From Raillietiella orientalis (taxonomy: Eukaryota): a stretch of DNA of 45,506 nucleotides. The DNA is taken from positions 124,001-169,506 of the forward strand of contig JAYWIR010000109.1 of assembly GCA_036172245.1 (NCBI GenBank), in the 5' to 3' direction. Shown here piece by piece: positions 25,490 through 35,375 of the stretch. Numbering within the stretch: position 1 is the stretch's first letter; each line of letters begins with the position of its first letter. Made by a program: the position numbers and the translations under genes. The notes under the pieces were generated by a model. The model ran no database searches. It saw nothing but the letters and a program-made list of their open reading frames with translations, and had not been told where the DNA came from.

Positions 25490-27206
25490 GTAGCTCCTCG
25501 AGCGCAATTCTTTTTTTTCGTCTTTGTGTGGTCTTGTGTACGTCCATTCGGATGTCCTTGGCCCTAACACAAGAGAGGATGGATTTGGAGACTGCAGCCT
25601 GCACTGGAGTTTCCACCCCGGATGCTCGGCCGCCTCTAATGATTCTGTCTCGCCACCCGAAAGAAGCTGCACCTCCGTCGTCAAGGCAGCAGCAGCAAAC
25701 AGGGCACCGCCTGACGAAGCCGAGTTACAGTCATATACAGCCCATGGCTACAAGCCTGCTCTCTGCTATCAGTGAGTGCTATCTCCGAGAGGGTCGGAGA
25801 AAATCTTTCGGATGAGCTCGAACACGTCGGGGACTGGCAGGACGTCTCTTGGCTGTCATGCCTGTGAAAATGCCTGGACACTATGAGGTGCACTGTAAAG
25901 AGGCAGTCCTAGTCCAACGCCTTAGCACCTCGCTGAACATACACGGGAACGGGGTCGTCCCGTCGGTCATGGACCAGTCGATCGTGGTCCGATTGTCCGC
26001 CTTCCAGATTGTCCGATCGCGTGCTCGTCGGTGCACTCAGTGCATTCGCCACGGTGCACGCGCTATGGAGAGCAGACAATCCAAGTAAAAGGATAGCATC
26101 TCCACAGCAGACTTGCCATGGAGCATGTCACCATAGTGGATCGGAGGCTAATGGTGGGCGATGCGATCGTCCACCTTAAGTTTGCCGGTCAACGACCGGC
26201 TTGCGGCATTTGCTGTGCAGAGGGCCACCGTCCATGGAAGTACCCTTCTCTCAAGTGCCGCTACTGCAAACTGCTCGGTCACTCCATTAAGTAGTGCACC
26301 GAGATGAAGCGAAAGCGTCAGGCGAGGAATCGCCACCAATTGTCCCCATCCACCCCGAAAACTTCCCCCGCTGTACCCCGGGAGAAATCGGGCGCGAATG
26401 ATGCGGCTTCATCGAGTGGCGGCCACGCAAAAAGGGCGTGGTTGCTCCAGGGAAGCCACCATCTCAGGCAGCCGCGCAAGCGGGGAAGATGCCACGTCGC
26501 TCTGGGGGCAAATCGTCCCTCTCGAAGCAGCCTAAGAGTGTACCCACGCACTCAACGGAGGCTGCTGGGCCATCTACGTCCGTTTCCGCGCCCAGCAGAA
26601 AACAGGAAACCGTGAGCGGACACCCTCGGAACTGCCCCTGGACGGACGTGCCCCCTAAGTCCGAGGAGAGCACGCCGTCCACGGCGAAAACACTGGCTGC
26701 GAAGGCTGCAGTAGCGCATCGCGCGACGGCGGCAATGAACGCCGTTTTGCCCGCACCAGCGAAGGAGCAGGTGCAGCGGGCAACGATGACGGAACCGTCT
26801 CGTCGCGAGCGCGAAATCTGAGCCGGCAGCTCCGGACAAACAGGCGAGGCAGGCGTCGGCCTCCCAGGATGGCGTTCCCGACGACGGCGACGCGGGCTGG
26901 ACTCGGGTAGCCAGGACACCCACAAAGGGGAAGAAGGTAGACCCTTCGCAATTCCCCATACTGAAGGTAAATGGAAGGAAGAAGCGAAACGCCGAAGAAG
27001 CTGCATATCCAGGTACGCACTACGGCTGCGTGCTCTGTTCTATCGCTTCCCGCGAGGGCGGCTGCAGAAGCCAAAGCGCCGGGGGCTGCGTTGGCGACTG
27101 CGGCGACCCCCGCGCGGGCAGGGCAAGCCTTCACCTGCCGGTACACCAAGAGACAGGCAAAACGCTAGTCTCGCACTTGGCATTCGGACTCCGAAGTAAA
27201 GTCCGA
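25490..27206 (+). mobile_element. Tx1-like LINE 5' portion (degenerate ORF1), + strand
   Basis: Frameshifted pieces match the ORF1 at 35.9-37.5 kb: QSYTAHGYKPALCY vs QAYVASGYIPALRY; VQRLSTSLNIHGNGVVPSVMD vs VQRLLRSPLTIGGKEVLPSVMD; SAFATVHALWR vs AKFATVHALWR; knuckles CGICCAEGH and CRYCKLLGH at ~26200-26295. Candidate ATG at 25552. Confidence 0.8.
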
Positions 27207-27656
27207 TTTTCACCCGAATTTCGCCGGGGCGTTTATTGAAAAATAAACTTTTACAAACACGTGCAGTGGCTGGACCAATGCTCCAGCCACGCACGAAGAA
27301 ACAGCCTGACGGGTATCCGGATCTCAGACCGGTACGGTCCACCACGGCAGCAGGGGGAAGGGGAAAAAACAAAACAAAAAAAAAGAAAAGAAGTGGGAGG
27401 GTACAGGAAGGGATCACTGTTGCTGCTGGGGCCGTTGCATCCTTTGCAGGATGCCGGCAAGCTCTTTCTGTATTCGAGGATCCCGGTGGGGCCATCTCGA
27501 CGTCCTCAGGAATTGGGCGGCGCCTAGGAAGGCACCCTTGTCGCGTGGTCCTCCCGTAGCGGTGCATCATGCGGCGAAGATCCCGCGAAGGCAGCACAAG
27601 GCTGCTATCGAGGCCGCTGGCCGAAGGGCGTCGGCAACGAAGAGGGCTTTTAGTTG
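27207..27656 (-). mobile_element. Tx1-like LINE copy A (ORF2 C-terminus and 3'UTR only)
   Basis: LFVADALRPAASIAALCCLRGI matches copy B LFVQDALRPAAALAALCCVRGI. T-rich tract and AATAAA terminal motif at 27207-27237. Confidence 0.85.
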
Positions 27657-30600
27657 CCACCCGGTCACGCCGGGGCGTTTATTAAAAATTCTCTATAATT
27701 GTGGTATATGGCCCCACTACGGCCAACACAACTGGACCTGCCGGGTTGCCGATACGCAGATCGGCGCGACTCACCTCGGCAGCGGAAGGGGGTGGGGGGA
27801 AAAACAAAAAGAAAAATAAAACATAAAAAACAAAAAGATTTTGGTGGGCGGGGAAGGAATCACGGTCCACTGCGAGGAGAATCCATCCTTTCCAGGATGC
27901 CCTCCAGGTCCGTCCGTATTCTTCCCAGATGGGGCCATCTGGTCGCAATCCGCAGGTAGCGGACTGCAAGTTCGACGGCATCCCTTTCGTGGCTCGGTCT
28001 TCCGACGTCACTCCAGCACGTCACAATCCCACGGACGCAGCAAAGTGCAGCCAGGGCAGCGGCTGGTCGCAGGGCATCCTGCACGAACAGAAGCCGAAAA
28101 ACGTCTCTGGGCTGGCTGCCCTCCTGGATGCGTAGGGAGGCACGAAGACGTTCCCACAGGGGCCGGAGGGCAGCACAATCAATAAGGAGGTGGGGGAGGG
28201 TTTCCCGCTCTCCGCACCTGATGCACTCGGGATTCACTCGACCCCTGGTCCAGTGGTGGCGGCGTGCGTTGCAGGGGAGGCCCCAATGCAACAACAGAAG
28301 TGCCGACTCCTGCCACTTCAGGGGGAGGATCCTCGATCCAATCAATACTGGGGGCCACTTCAGTTCATCCGTCTGGATGTCGAGCAGCTCGCCCCATCTC
28401 AGGAGTCCACGCGGAAGGACACTTCGGGTCGTGGCGTCAACCAGCTGCCCCGTGGTCCAGCCGCTCATTTGCTTCTCTTTGCCTGCGATACGGCAGGAGA
28501 CTTGCCACCTAGGCTTGCGGCTGCTGGAGAGCGCCCTCCTCAGGTAGGGCAACGCCGTAGCTAGGGGGGTTGTCTCCGCCCACATGCTTCTCGCGGGACA
28601 CTGGAGTATCTTCCGGAGAGTGCAGCGGGAATAGGCGCCGCGTCGCAGGCAGTTCCACATCTCTGAGTTCTGCTCTTTGATCTTCGCCCACGTGCCAGCG
28701 GTCTCCTCCAGCCATGCGGAGGAGTTGGCGGGGCTGCATTCCATCCAGCCGTTTTCCTTTGCCAGGGTTGCCATGCGTCCCAGGAGGAGTCCGCATCTCT
28801 TGATCTTCGAGCCGCGGCACAGAAGATGAGACGCGAGACCCTCCGTTCCGGATACACGGCTGGCAAGGAGTCGGGCCGGAACGCACCATGGGGTGCTCCA
28901 TAACTTCGCTGCGATGGCCAGGGTGCGCCATCGCAGCTGGATTTCTACTCTCTCCACCGTCAAGAGGCCCAGACCGCCATCCCGACGTGGAGCACACAAG
29001 TCCTTCAACTGGACTCGGGGCTCCCTCTTCCCCAAAGGGCAATCCTCAGGAGGTCCTTCGTCCTTTTTTTCATGTCTCTGGGGACGGGGCAAACAAAAAG
29101 CAGGGGGCGGAGGATGGGAGCCGCAAAGGAGTTCCACACCGCGGCCCGTTCCGGAAGCAGGAACTTGTCTTCCAAGAACGGGCCGATCGCCGTTTCCACT
29201 TTTTGGAGGCAGCCGGACCACGCATCCGAAGGGGAGTAATCCCCCAACGGCACACCGAGGTACTTCAAGCACCTCGCCGAGGTGATCCCCAAACGGACCC
29301 AGTCCTGCTGCCCAGCCCACGTCGCACCGACTGGCATCACGGACGACTTAGCCCTGTTCATCGTAAGTCCGGTTCCCCGATTCAGCAGGTCGAAGAACTT
29401 CTCGACCGCCGCAGCCGGGGTGGACATAGGGAGCAGCAGCAGAAGGACGTCCGCGTATGCTGAAACGGCCGGCGTACCGGCACATTCGTGCGGCAGGTGC
29501 GCCAGAGTTCCCCTGTACGCTCTCAGTACCAACTCGAAGGAGGTACTGAAGAGCAAGGGGCTCAGGCTGTCTCCCTGCCGTATCCCACGCCCCATCGTCA
29601 TGCCGTGCACGGTCTGCCCGCTGAAAGTATGAGAAATTAACGCGTCGCGCCAACTGGAGCGGAGATAGGCCAATAATGAGGCCGGGGAGCCCAAGCGTTC
29701 CAAAAGCTCCAGCAGGATATTCTGGTCGACGCTGTCGAGTGCTTTACGCAAGTCCACAGCGACCGCAAGTGCTCCCTCCCCCATCCGACCATCCGTCGCA
29801 TGACTGACGGACTCACCGGAATTCCCGGTGCGCATCAAGCCCCTTTCGTGTTGGAGCTCTAGCCAGGTGGAAGCGTGGAACAGGTTCGCCTCCATGCTTC
29901 GCCCCGGAACAGCATACGTCTGTTCCGGGCTGATGAAGGCGTTTGCAACCCGTACCAGGCTCTCAGCCCAAACCTTAGCTATCAACCTGGCATCCGCATT
30001 CTCTATTGTGACGGGACGCCAGTTCACGCTCCTCAGGTCTCCTCCCTTAGGGAGGAGCCGCACCTTTGCCGAGCGAAAGGAGGCGGTAACGCCACCTGTC
30101 TCGCGTATCAGCAAGATGAGTTGATGTACCAGGGGGGTAAGCTCAGCCGCGATAGTTTGATAAAACTCCGCATGCAGGCCGTCCTCCCCTGGAGCCTCGC
30201 GCATGTTGAGCTTTCCGATGGCCGTGGGGATCTCGTCCATCGTGAAAGGCTCGTCGAGGGACTTTCCTCCCGGATCGCTGGAGCGCCTTCCGGAAGCAGG
30301 AGTCGTGAGACATCCCGCTCGGGAGATCTTGCGTATAGGGAGGTGTAGAATCTCCGCAGCAGGCCGTGGATTTGGACGGGTGCCGAGTGCCCCTGGCCCT
30401 GATCATCCAGCAAGCTGGCCGATCCGAACTTCCAGGCTTGCCTCTCGGCTCCCGCTTTGTACTCCGGCAGCCCGCGGATGTCGGGGGTCCTGGCGTAACG
30501 TCTGGCGTGCAGGTAGGCTCGTTCTTTACGGATTCCGTTCCCAAATCCCGCAGGTAGGCGGTTGAAAGGGAACTGGTCGCAGAACTCCTGGTCCGACCGA

Positions 30601-30995
30601 TTGAAGCGGTCCCAGTCCTGGTGTGTCCGCAGCCTGAAGCTCCGTTTGAACGTGCTGTGATGTTCCGCCGCGTCCTGGAGCTTCAGCCCGTCCCCTGGGA
30701 GACGCAATGCTGACGAGGGGGGCCCTGACGGGCGGATGAACCTCGAGCAGGATAGGGCGATGGTCGGAGAGCTCGCACGGTAACTAGCCGCGCCTGCTCA
30801 CGCGAGGGCATAGGTGTTCGTTTAGGAACACGTGGTCGATGCTGTCCTGCACGCCTGGTTCACTGGCCAACAAATTACAGGTGTGCACCGCCGTGCACAC
30901 CTCGTTGATCAGGTCCCATTCGTGATTCGGCCCTCTGGCTTCAGGCGAACGTTAAAGTCGCCTGCAACCGAAGTGGAGTCCGAGTGCAAACCTAA
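27657..30995 (-). mobile_element. Tx1-like LINE copy B, 5'-truncated within the APE endonuclease; frameshifted ORF2
   Basis: AGDFN (~30960), IDHVF and LSDHR endonuclease motifs; APGEDGL, NWRPVT, GIRQGDSLSPLLF, YADV (mutated YADD) and KYLG RT motifs; CIRCGERETLPHLLIDC zinc motif; terminal motif at 27658-27683. Confidence 0.92.
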
Positions 30996-31182
30996 AGAGC
31001 GCGTATCCCGAGGTAGCCCTGGAGCGCGACGGGCTACAGCGCAAGTACGAGTCTGTTGGCGGAAGCGATTCCGGCCCCTGCTCGGAGCCCGAAGCGATGA
31101 TTTTCGGCTCGAAGGACTCAGCTGGGTGCGATGCGACGGTGATCGATAGCTAGTCCGCTTCCCAATCCGCAGTGCTGCCAGT

Positions 31183-31425
31183 TTACTGCTCGCCGGACGC
31201 GTTTGTACATATTTCCCTTAGCTGATTCAAACTAGAGTGGACACCCTCGGATATGTTCTCCATATGTTCGTCTGTTGGTTTGTATTGGGTGATTAGAGCA
31301 TCTAGATTGGCCTTATGCTTTGGGGTCGTTATCCATCCCTTATAGTCGTTTATACTGTTAAAGGCTGGTCCCCATATAATCTCAGATATTCCTTTCCTAC
31401 AGGTGGCACAGTTTTGTACAGTTTT
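31183..31425 (-). other. Non-LINE insert carrying an 80-codon open frame (C-terminal fragment of an unknown protein)
   Basis: Manual translation KTVQNCATCRKGISEIIWGPAFNSINDYKGWITTPKHKANLDALITQYKPTDEHMENISEGVHSSLNQLREICTNASGEQ*. More AT-rich than the flanking LINEs and absent from other copies. Confidence 0.45.
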
Positions 31426-34020
31426 TCACCCGGGTGAGGCAGGGCTTTTATTATTAAAACTTTTTACAAGAAAAAATTCCATACTAAAGTCCTTTTTCTT
31501 TTCACTGTTTTGAATGTTTTTTTCAGCAGTAACACGTTCCGCTGTCTTGGGGCACTTGTCATTACCGACCCGTAGACCGATAAGGTCTTCCACATTGGCG
31601 CAGGGGCGGGAAAAAAAAGAAAAAAAAAAAAAAGAAAAACGCCTTGGGGGGGGGGGCAGTTTTATGGGAGGGGGGCAAGGGTGGGGATAACGGTACGCCG
31701 TGAGGAGGCCTCTGCACCCTGCTTCGGATGCGAACAAGTGCCGGTAAATGTTATCGAAGTCGGCGCCAACGGCATGGCTTCTCCAAAGAGATGGCTACCC
31801 AGTGAATGGCATTCCGACTGGTCCGGCCTCTCCGTGACTCGGTCCACTTGTCCAGGATTCCGCGTATGCAACAGAGCACTGCTACACACCCGGAGGCTAG
31901 CAAGGTGTCCCGCATCAGGAGTCGAAAAATGTTCTTGGGTACGCCCTCCGGAATGTTGAGGATCGACGAGTGTCGGTCCCACATATCGCGGAGGGCAACA
32001 CACTTTGGAATCAAGTGGGGGAAGGTCTGCCTTTCCCCTCACTCTGTGCAGTTGGCATCCACATTCTCCGATGTCCAGTGAGACAGGCGTGCTCTGCTTA
32101 AAAGTCCCCAATGGAACAGAAGCAACGCCGTCTCCTGCCACTGCAGGGGAAGGGTGCCGTTGTCCCAAGACGCTGGGGGCCACTTCACCTCCTCCGGAGC
32201 TACGTTGAGCAGCGCGCCCCAGCGTACAAGTCCACTCGGCGAGACAGTCGGGGTACTAGCGTCCGCTAGTTCCCGGGATGTCCACGCCTTCATCCGTTTT
32301 TTCCTGCCTCCGATGAGGCAGGACACTTCCCACGATGCCTCCTGTTGACTGTTCCTGGCTTCTATGAGGGAGGGCAGCACGGGGGCAAGGGGGGTGAAGG
32401 AAGCCCACAGAAGTTCCCGTGGGTTGGAAACGATCTCCTGCAGTGGCTGGCCAGCGCACGTGCCTCGACGGAGGCAGAAGTCCACATCGCTGGAACCGTT
32501 GACTTTTGCCCACGGGGAAACGGACTCCTGTAGCCAGGTAGTCCAGTCCGCGGGGTTGCAGGAGATCCACGGATTCTCCCTCTCCAGGGCAACCAGATCG
32601 GTAAATGGTTAAGACTAAGGTCGTTGGCTACCAGGATTGGGGTCAATCCGTAGCAGCCGGTTGCCCTGTGGGCGAGGAGTCTTGCGGGAGCACACTAAGG
32701 TGCTGGCCAATTCTTTGCCACAAGGGCAAGTTTTCGAAATTGCAGCTGTCGCACCATGTGCTCCAACGTGAGGAGACCAAGTCCACCGTCCCTGCTTAGA
32801 GCGCACAAGTCTTTAAGCCGGACGCGGAACCTCCCCTTTCCCCAAAGGGCGATGCGCAGGAGGTCCTTTGTGTTTTTTTCTATTCCCATGGGGATGGGGC
32901 AAACAAAAAGTAGGAGGCGAAGGATGGGAGCCGCAAACGCGTTCCATACCGCGGCCCGTTCCGGCAAGAGGAACTTGCCCTCCAGGAACGGGACGATCAC
33001 CAACTGCACTTTCTGGAGACGGCCTGACCAGGCTTCTGACGGGCAGAAGTTTCCCAGCGGAACGCCAAGGTACTTCAGATATGCGCCCGTCGGGATCCCC
33101 AGGCGGATCCAGTCAGGCCGTCCTTCCCACGTCGCTCCAACTGCCACCATCGACGATTTTGCCCTTTTGACTCGTAGCCCTGTCCCACGGCTTAGCAGGT
33201 CGAAGAAATATTCGACTGCCGTTGCCGGGGCGGACATTGGGAGCAGGAGCAGCAGATCGTCGGTATATGCGGACACGGCAGGCGTGCCGGGGCACGAGCT
33301 TGGCAAGGCAGCCAAAGTCATCCTGTAAGCTCTCAGCACCAACTCGAAGTAAGTACTGAAGAGCAAAGGACTGAGGCTATCTCCCTGTCGAATCCCGTGG
33401 CGCACCGGGAGGCCGTACACGTGTTGTCCTCTGAAAAAGATGTTCGTCAGCACGGCGCGCCAGCAGGAGCACAAGTACGCCGTTAAGGTCGATGGGAAGT
33501 CCATGCGATGCAGAAGCTCCAGAAGCTCCTGGTCCACGCAGTCGAACGCTTTATGGAGATCGACTGCGATCGCTAGGGCACTATTGCCCGCCCGGCTGTC
33601 CCCACCCTGACCAGCGGTCACCCTTAAATTGGGGTTGCAGGGATCCCTTACGTTCTTTAACTTCGCCTTGCACATAAAACCATGTGCTGGCGAAGAACAG
33701 GTTAGCCTCCATACTTCGCCCGGGAACAGCATAAGTCTGCTCCTGGCTAATTACGGATTCGGCTACCTGTCCGAGCCGCGCGGCCCACAGTTTCGCTACC
33801 AACTTGAGTCCGTGTTCACGACCGTGACCCGACGCCACTTCAACTCACTCCTTCCTAAGGAAGGTCTCCTCCCTTAGGAAGGAGCCTCATCCTTGCTGAC
33901 CGGAACGAGGCGGGAACATCGCCTTCTTCCCGGATCAAATGTATCAACCTATGCATCAAGGGGGTGATCTCTGCCGCGAAGCATTGAAAAAACTCCGCGG
34001 GCATCCCTTCCCAGGCTTCC
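31422..34020 (-). mobile_element. Tx1-like LINE copy C (RT through 3' end), degenerate
   Basis: GMPAEFF, LLPKGGDL, AVDLHKAFD, GIRQGDSLSPLLF, AYTDDL and KYLG motifs; C-terminal CTE*GERQTFPHL; terminal motif at 31422-31452. Confidence 0.92.
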
Positions 34021-34087
34021 AAATGACAAGTGTTTTTACTTTTTCTTTTTTTTTTTCTTTTTGTTTTTCCCCCAACCCTATCCGTTG

Positions 34088-35059
34088 ATCGTTGTCCATG
34101 GTCCAAGGACATAGCCTGGAAGCATCGTAATTGGAGATATCACGTACATTCCATCTATCTTGCGACATCTTGTCATAGTTTGGCTCCCAGTTGGAAAATA
34201 CAAGGATGTGGGGCGGGTCAAAATACTTGATGCTTCCTCGGTATTTGGAAGCGAAAATGATACCATTTTTCAAGGTTTCTATAAATCCATACTGGACTAT
34301 TTCCTGGTTATCTCTTGTAAGATCAATGACAATGATTCGTTCACCGTTGTATATGTGGGCTGCATCAGCTTTTTTGCAGCTGTGCATGTATATGCCGTTC
34401 CTTTTAAGGTAAAGAAACTTGGCGAAGGTGGTTTTGCCGTTTACTCCTATTGGGTCGAAATACCAGTATATTTTTCGGTCGTCTGGTGGTGAGCGTATCA
34501 ATTTTAGTATGTCCATTTGCCAGCTGCGTAATTGCAAGTTGGCCATGGGGTTAGGATGTTTTCTGCTTCGTGTTAAACGGAAGCATTCTTTTACGAAGTT
34601 AATGTTCTTGCTATAGAATTTAGTGTGGTTTCTCAATATGTCGAGTTCTGATGCTCCGTTTTCAATTAGTTGGAGTATCTAGGTTGAAATAAAGAGATTG
34701 GTCATTTGAAGTTTGCTTACCATGTCTTGGTAGTCGTTTGTTTCTTTTTCTTGTTGTATCATGCCAAATGTCCAGGCTTCGTGGTCCTCTTTTGTGCAGA
34801 ACCGTAGGTTGCTCTGTGGCGAACCGCGTGCTTTTTCTAGGTGGCACTTCTGGAAGGTTGTGTGCTTTAAAGCAGGAAATGTGCGTGGTTCCTTGAGTTG
34901 CACATATCCCTGAAGGTGCGGTGTTCCAGTGCTTGCTTTCTCTTTGCCAATGATTGCGAAGGTGCAATTTCTTCTGCACCAGTCCTTTATTTGTTGAAGT
35001 TCTTCATCGAGGTAGTTGCACAACGTGAAGCACCAGTATAAGAAGTGGCCGTATGGCAT
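34088..35059 (-). CDS. rep: Endogenous CRESS-DNA virus Rep (HUH endonuclease plus SF3 helicase), with putative 42-nt intron at 34679-34720
   Basis: Motif I CFTLCNY, motif II PHLQG, motif III FCTKE (Tyr replaced by Phe), Walker A GVNGKTT, Walker B IVIDLTR, motif C VFSN, Arg finger SQDRW. The two listed ORFs are in the same frame, separated by one TAG. Confidence 0.95.
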
Positions 35060-35116
35060 GTTGGTGATTGGTAATTCTGTCGAGGTGAGACTGGTTTATG
35101 CCTCATGCTGTGGTGG

Positions 35117-35124
35117 TTTATATA
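35117..35124 (-). promoter_or_regulatory. Putative TATA box for rep
   Basis: TATATAAA on the minus strand about 60 nt upstream of the rep ATG (35059), between the origin and the gene. Confidence 0.55.
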
Positions 35125-35141
35125 CTGGCAAACTGCGCAGT

Positions 35142-35177
35142 ATTTGCAATCTGGTTAGTATTACCCAGATTGCAAAT
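35142..35177 (+). promoter_or_regulatory. Rolling-circle replication origin stem-loop with nonanucleotide TAGTATTAC
   Basis: ATTTGCAATCTGG-tTAGTATTAC-CCAGATTGCAAAT: perfect 13-bp stem, nonamer at 35156-35164 on the strand opposite the rep coding strand. Confidence 0.95.
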
Positions 35178-35375
35178 GTCTTCGTCGGCAAAACCTTGGA
35201 AATTCTGTCGAGGTGAGACTGGTTTATGCCTCATGCTGTGGTGGTGTGGGGTGTCAAGTCGGTCTGCGCACCGACCACCTGACAGTTCCATAGAATTATT
35301 GGCTGCAGCAGGTCCTTGTACCGCAAACACTGTAAGTTTCTTTTAAATAAACGCCCCGGCTTGAACGGTTGAAAA

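Larger units (their letters stand above)
35073..35245 (+). repeat. Perfect 45-nt direct repeat (35073-35117 and 35201-35245) flanking the viral origin
   Basis: aattctgtcgaggtgagactggtttatgcctcatgctgtggtggt occurs twice, 128 nt apart. Confidence 0.95.
34021..35375 (+). mobile_element. Inverted Tx1-like 3'UTR (B-like) split by a CRESS-DNA virus insert
   Basis: 34021-34087 shares a 22-nt exact match (tttttctttttgtttttccccc) with the sense 3'UTR of copy B. 35247-35375 aligns to the rest of that UTR and ends in AATAAACGCCCCGGCTTGAACGGTTGAAAA. Confidence 0.85.

Noticed and set aside
31484..31550. Variable ~70-nt UTR segment (vs 42834-42905) as an acquired spacer
   Set aside because: The two segments still share colinear words (agtc, ttttcac, ttcag), so fast divergence explains it
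34030..34068. T-tract as the poly(A) tail of a retrocopied rep mRNA
   Set aside because: It matches the LINE 3'UTR T-tract, no stop precedes it in rep, and the insert retains the origin and putative intron
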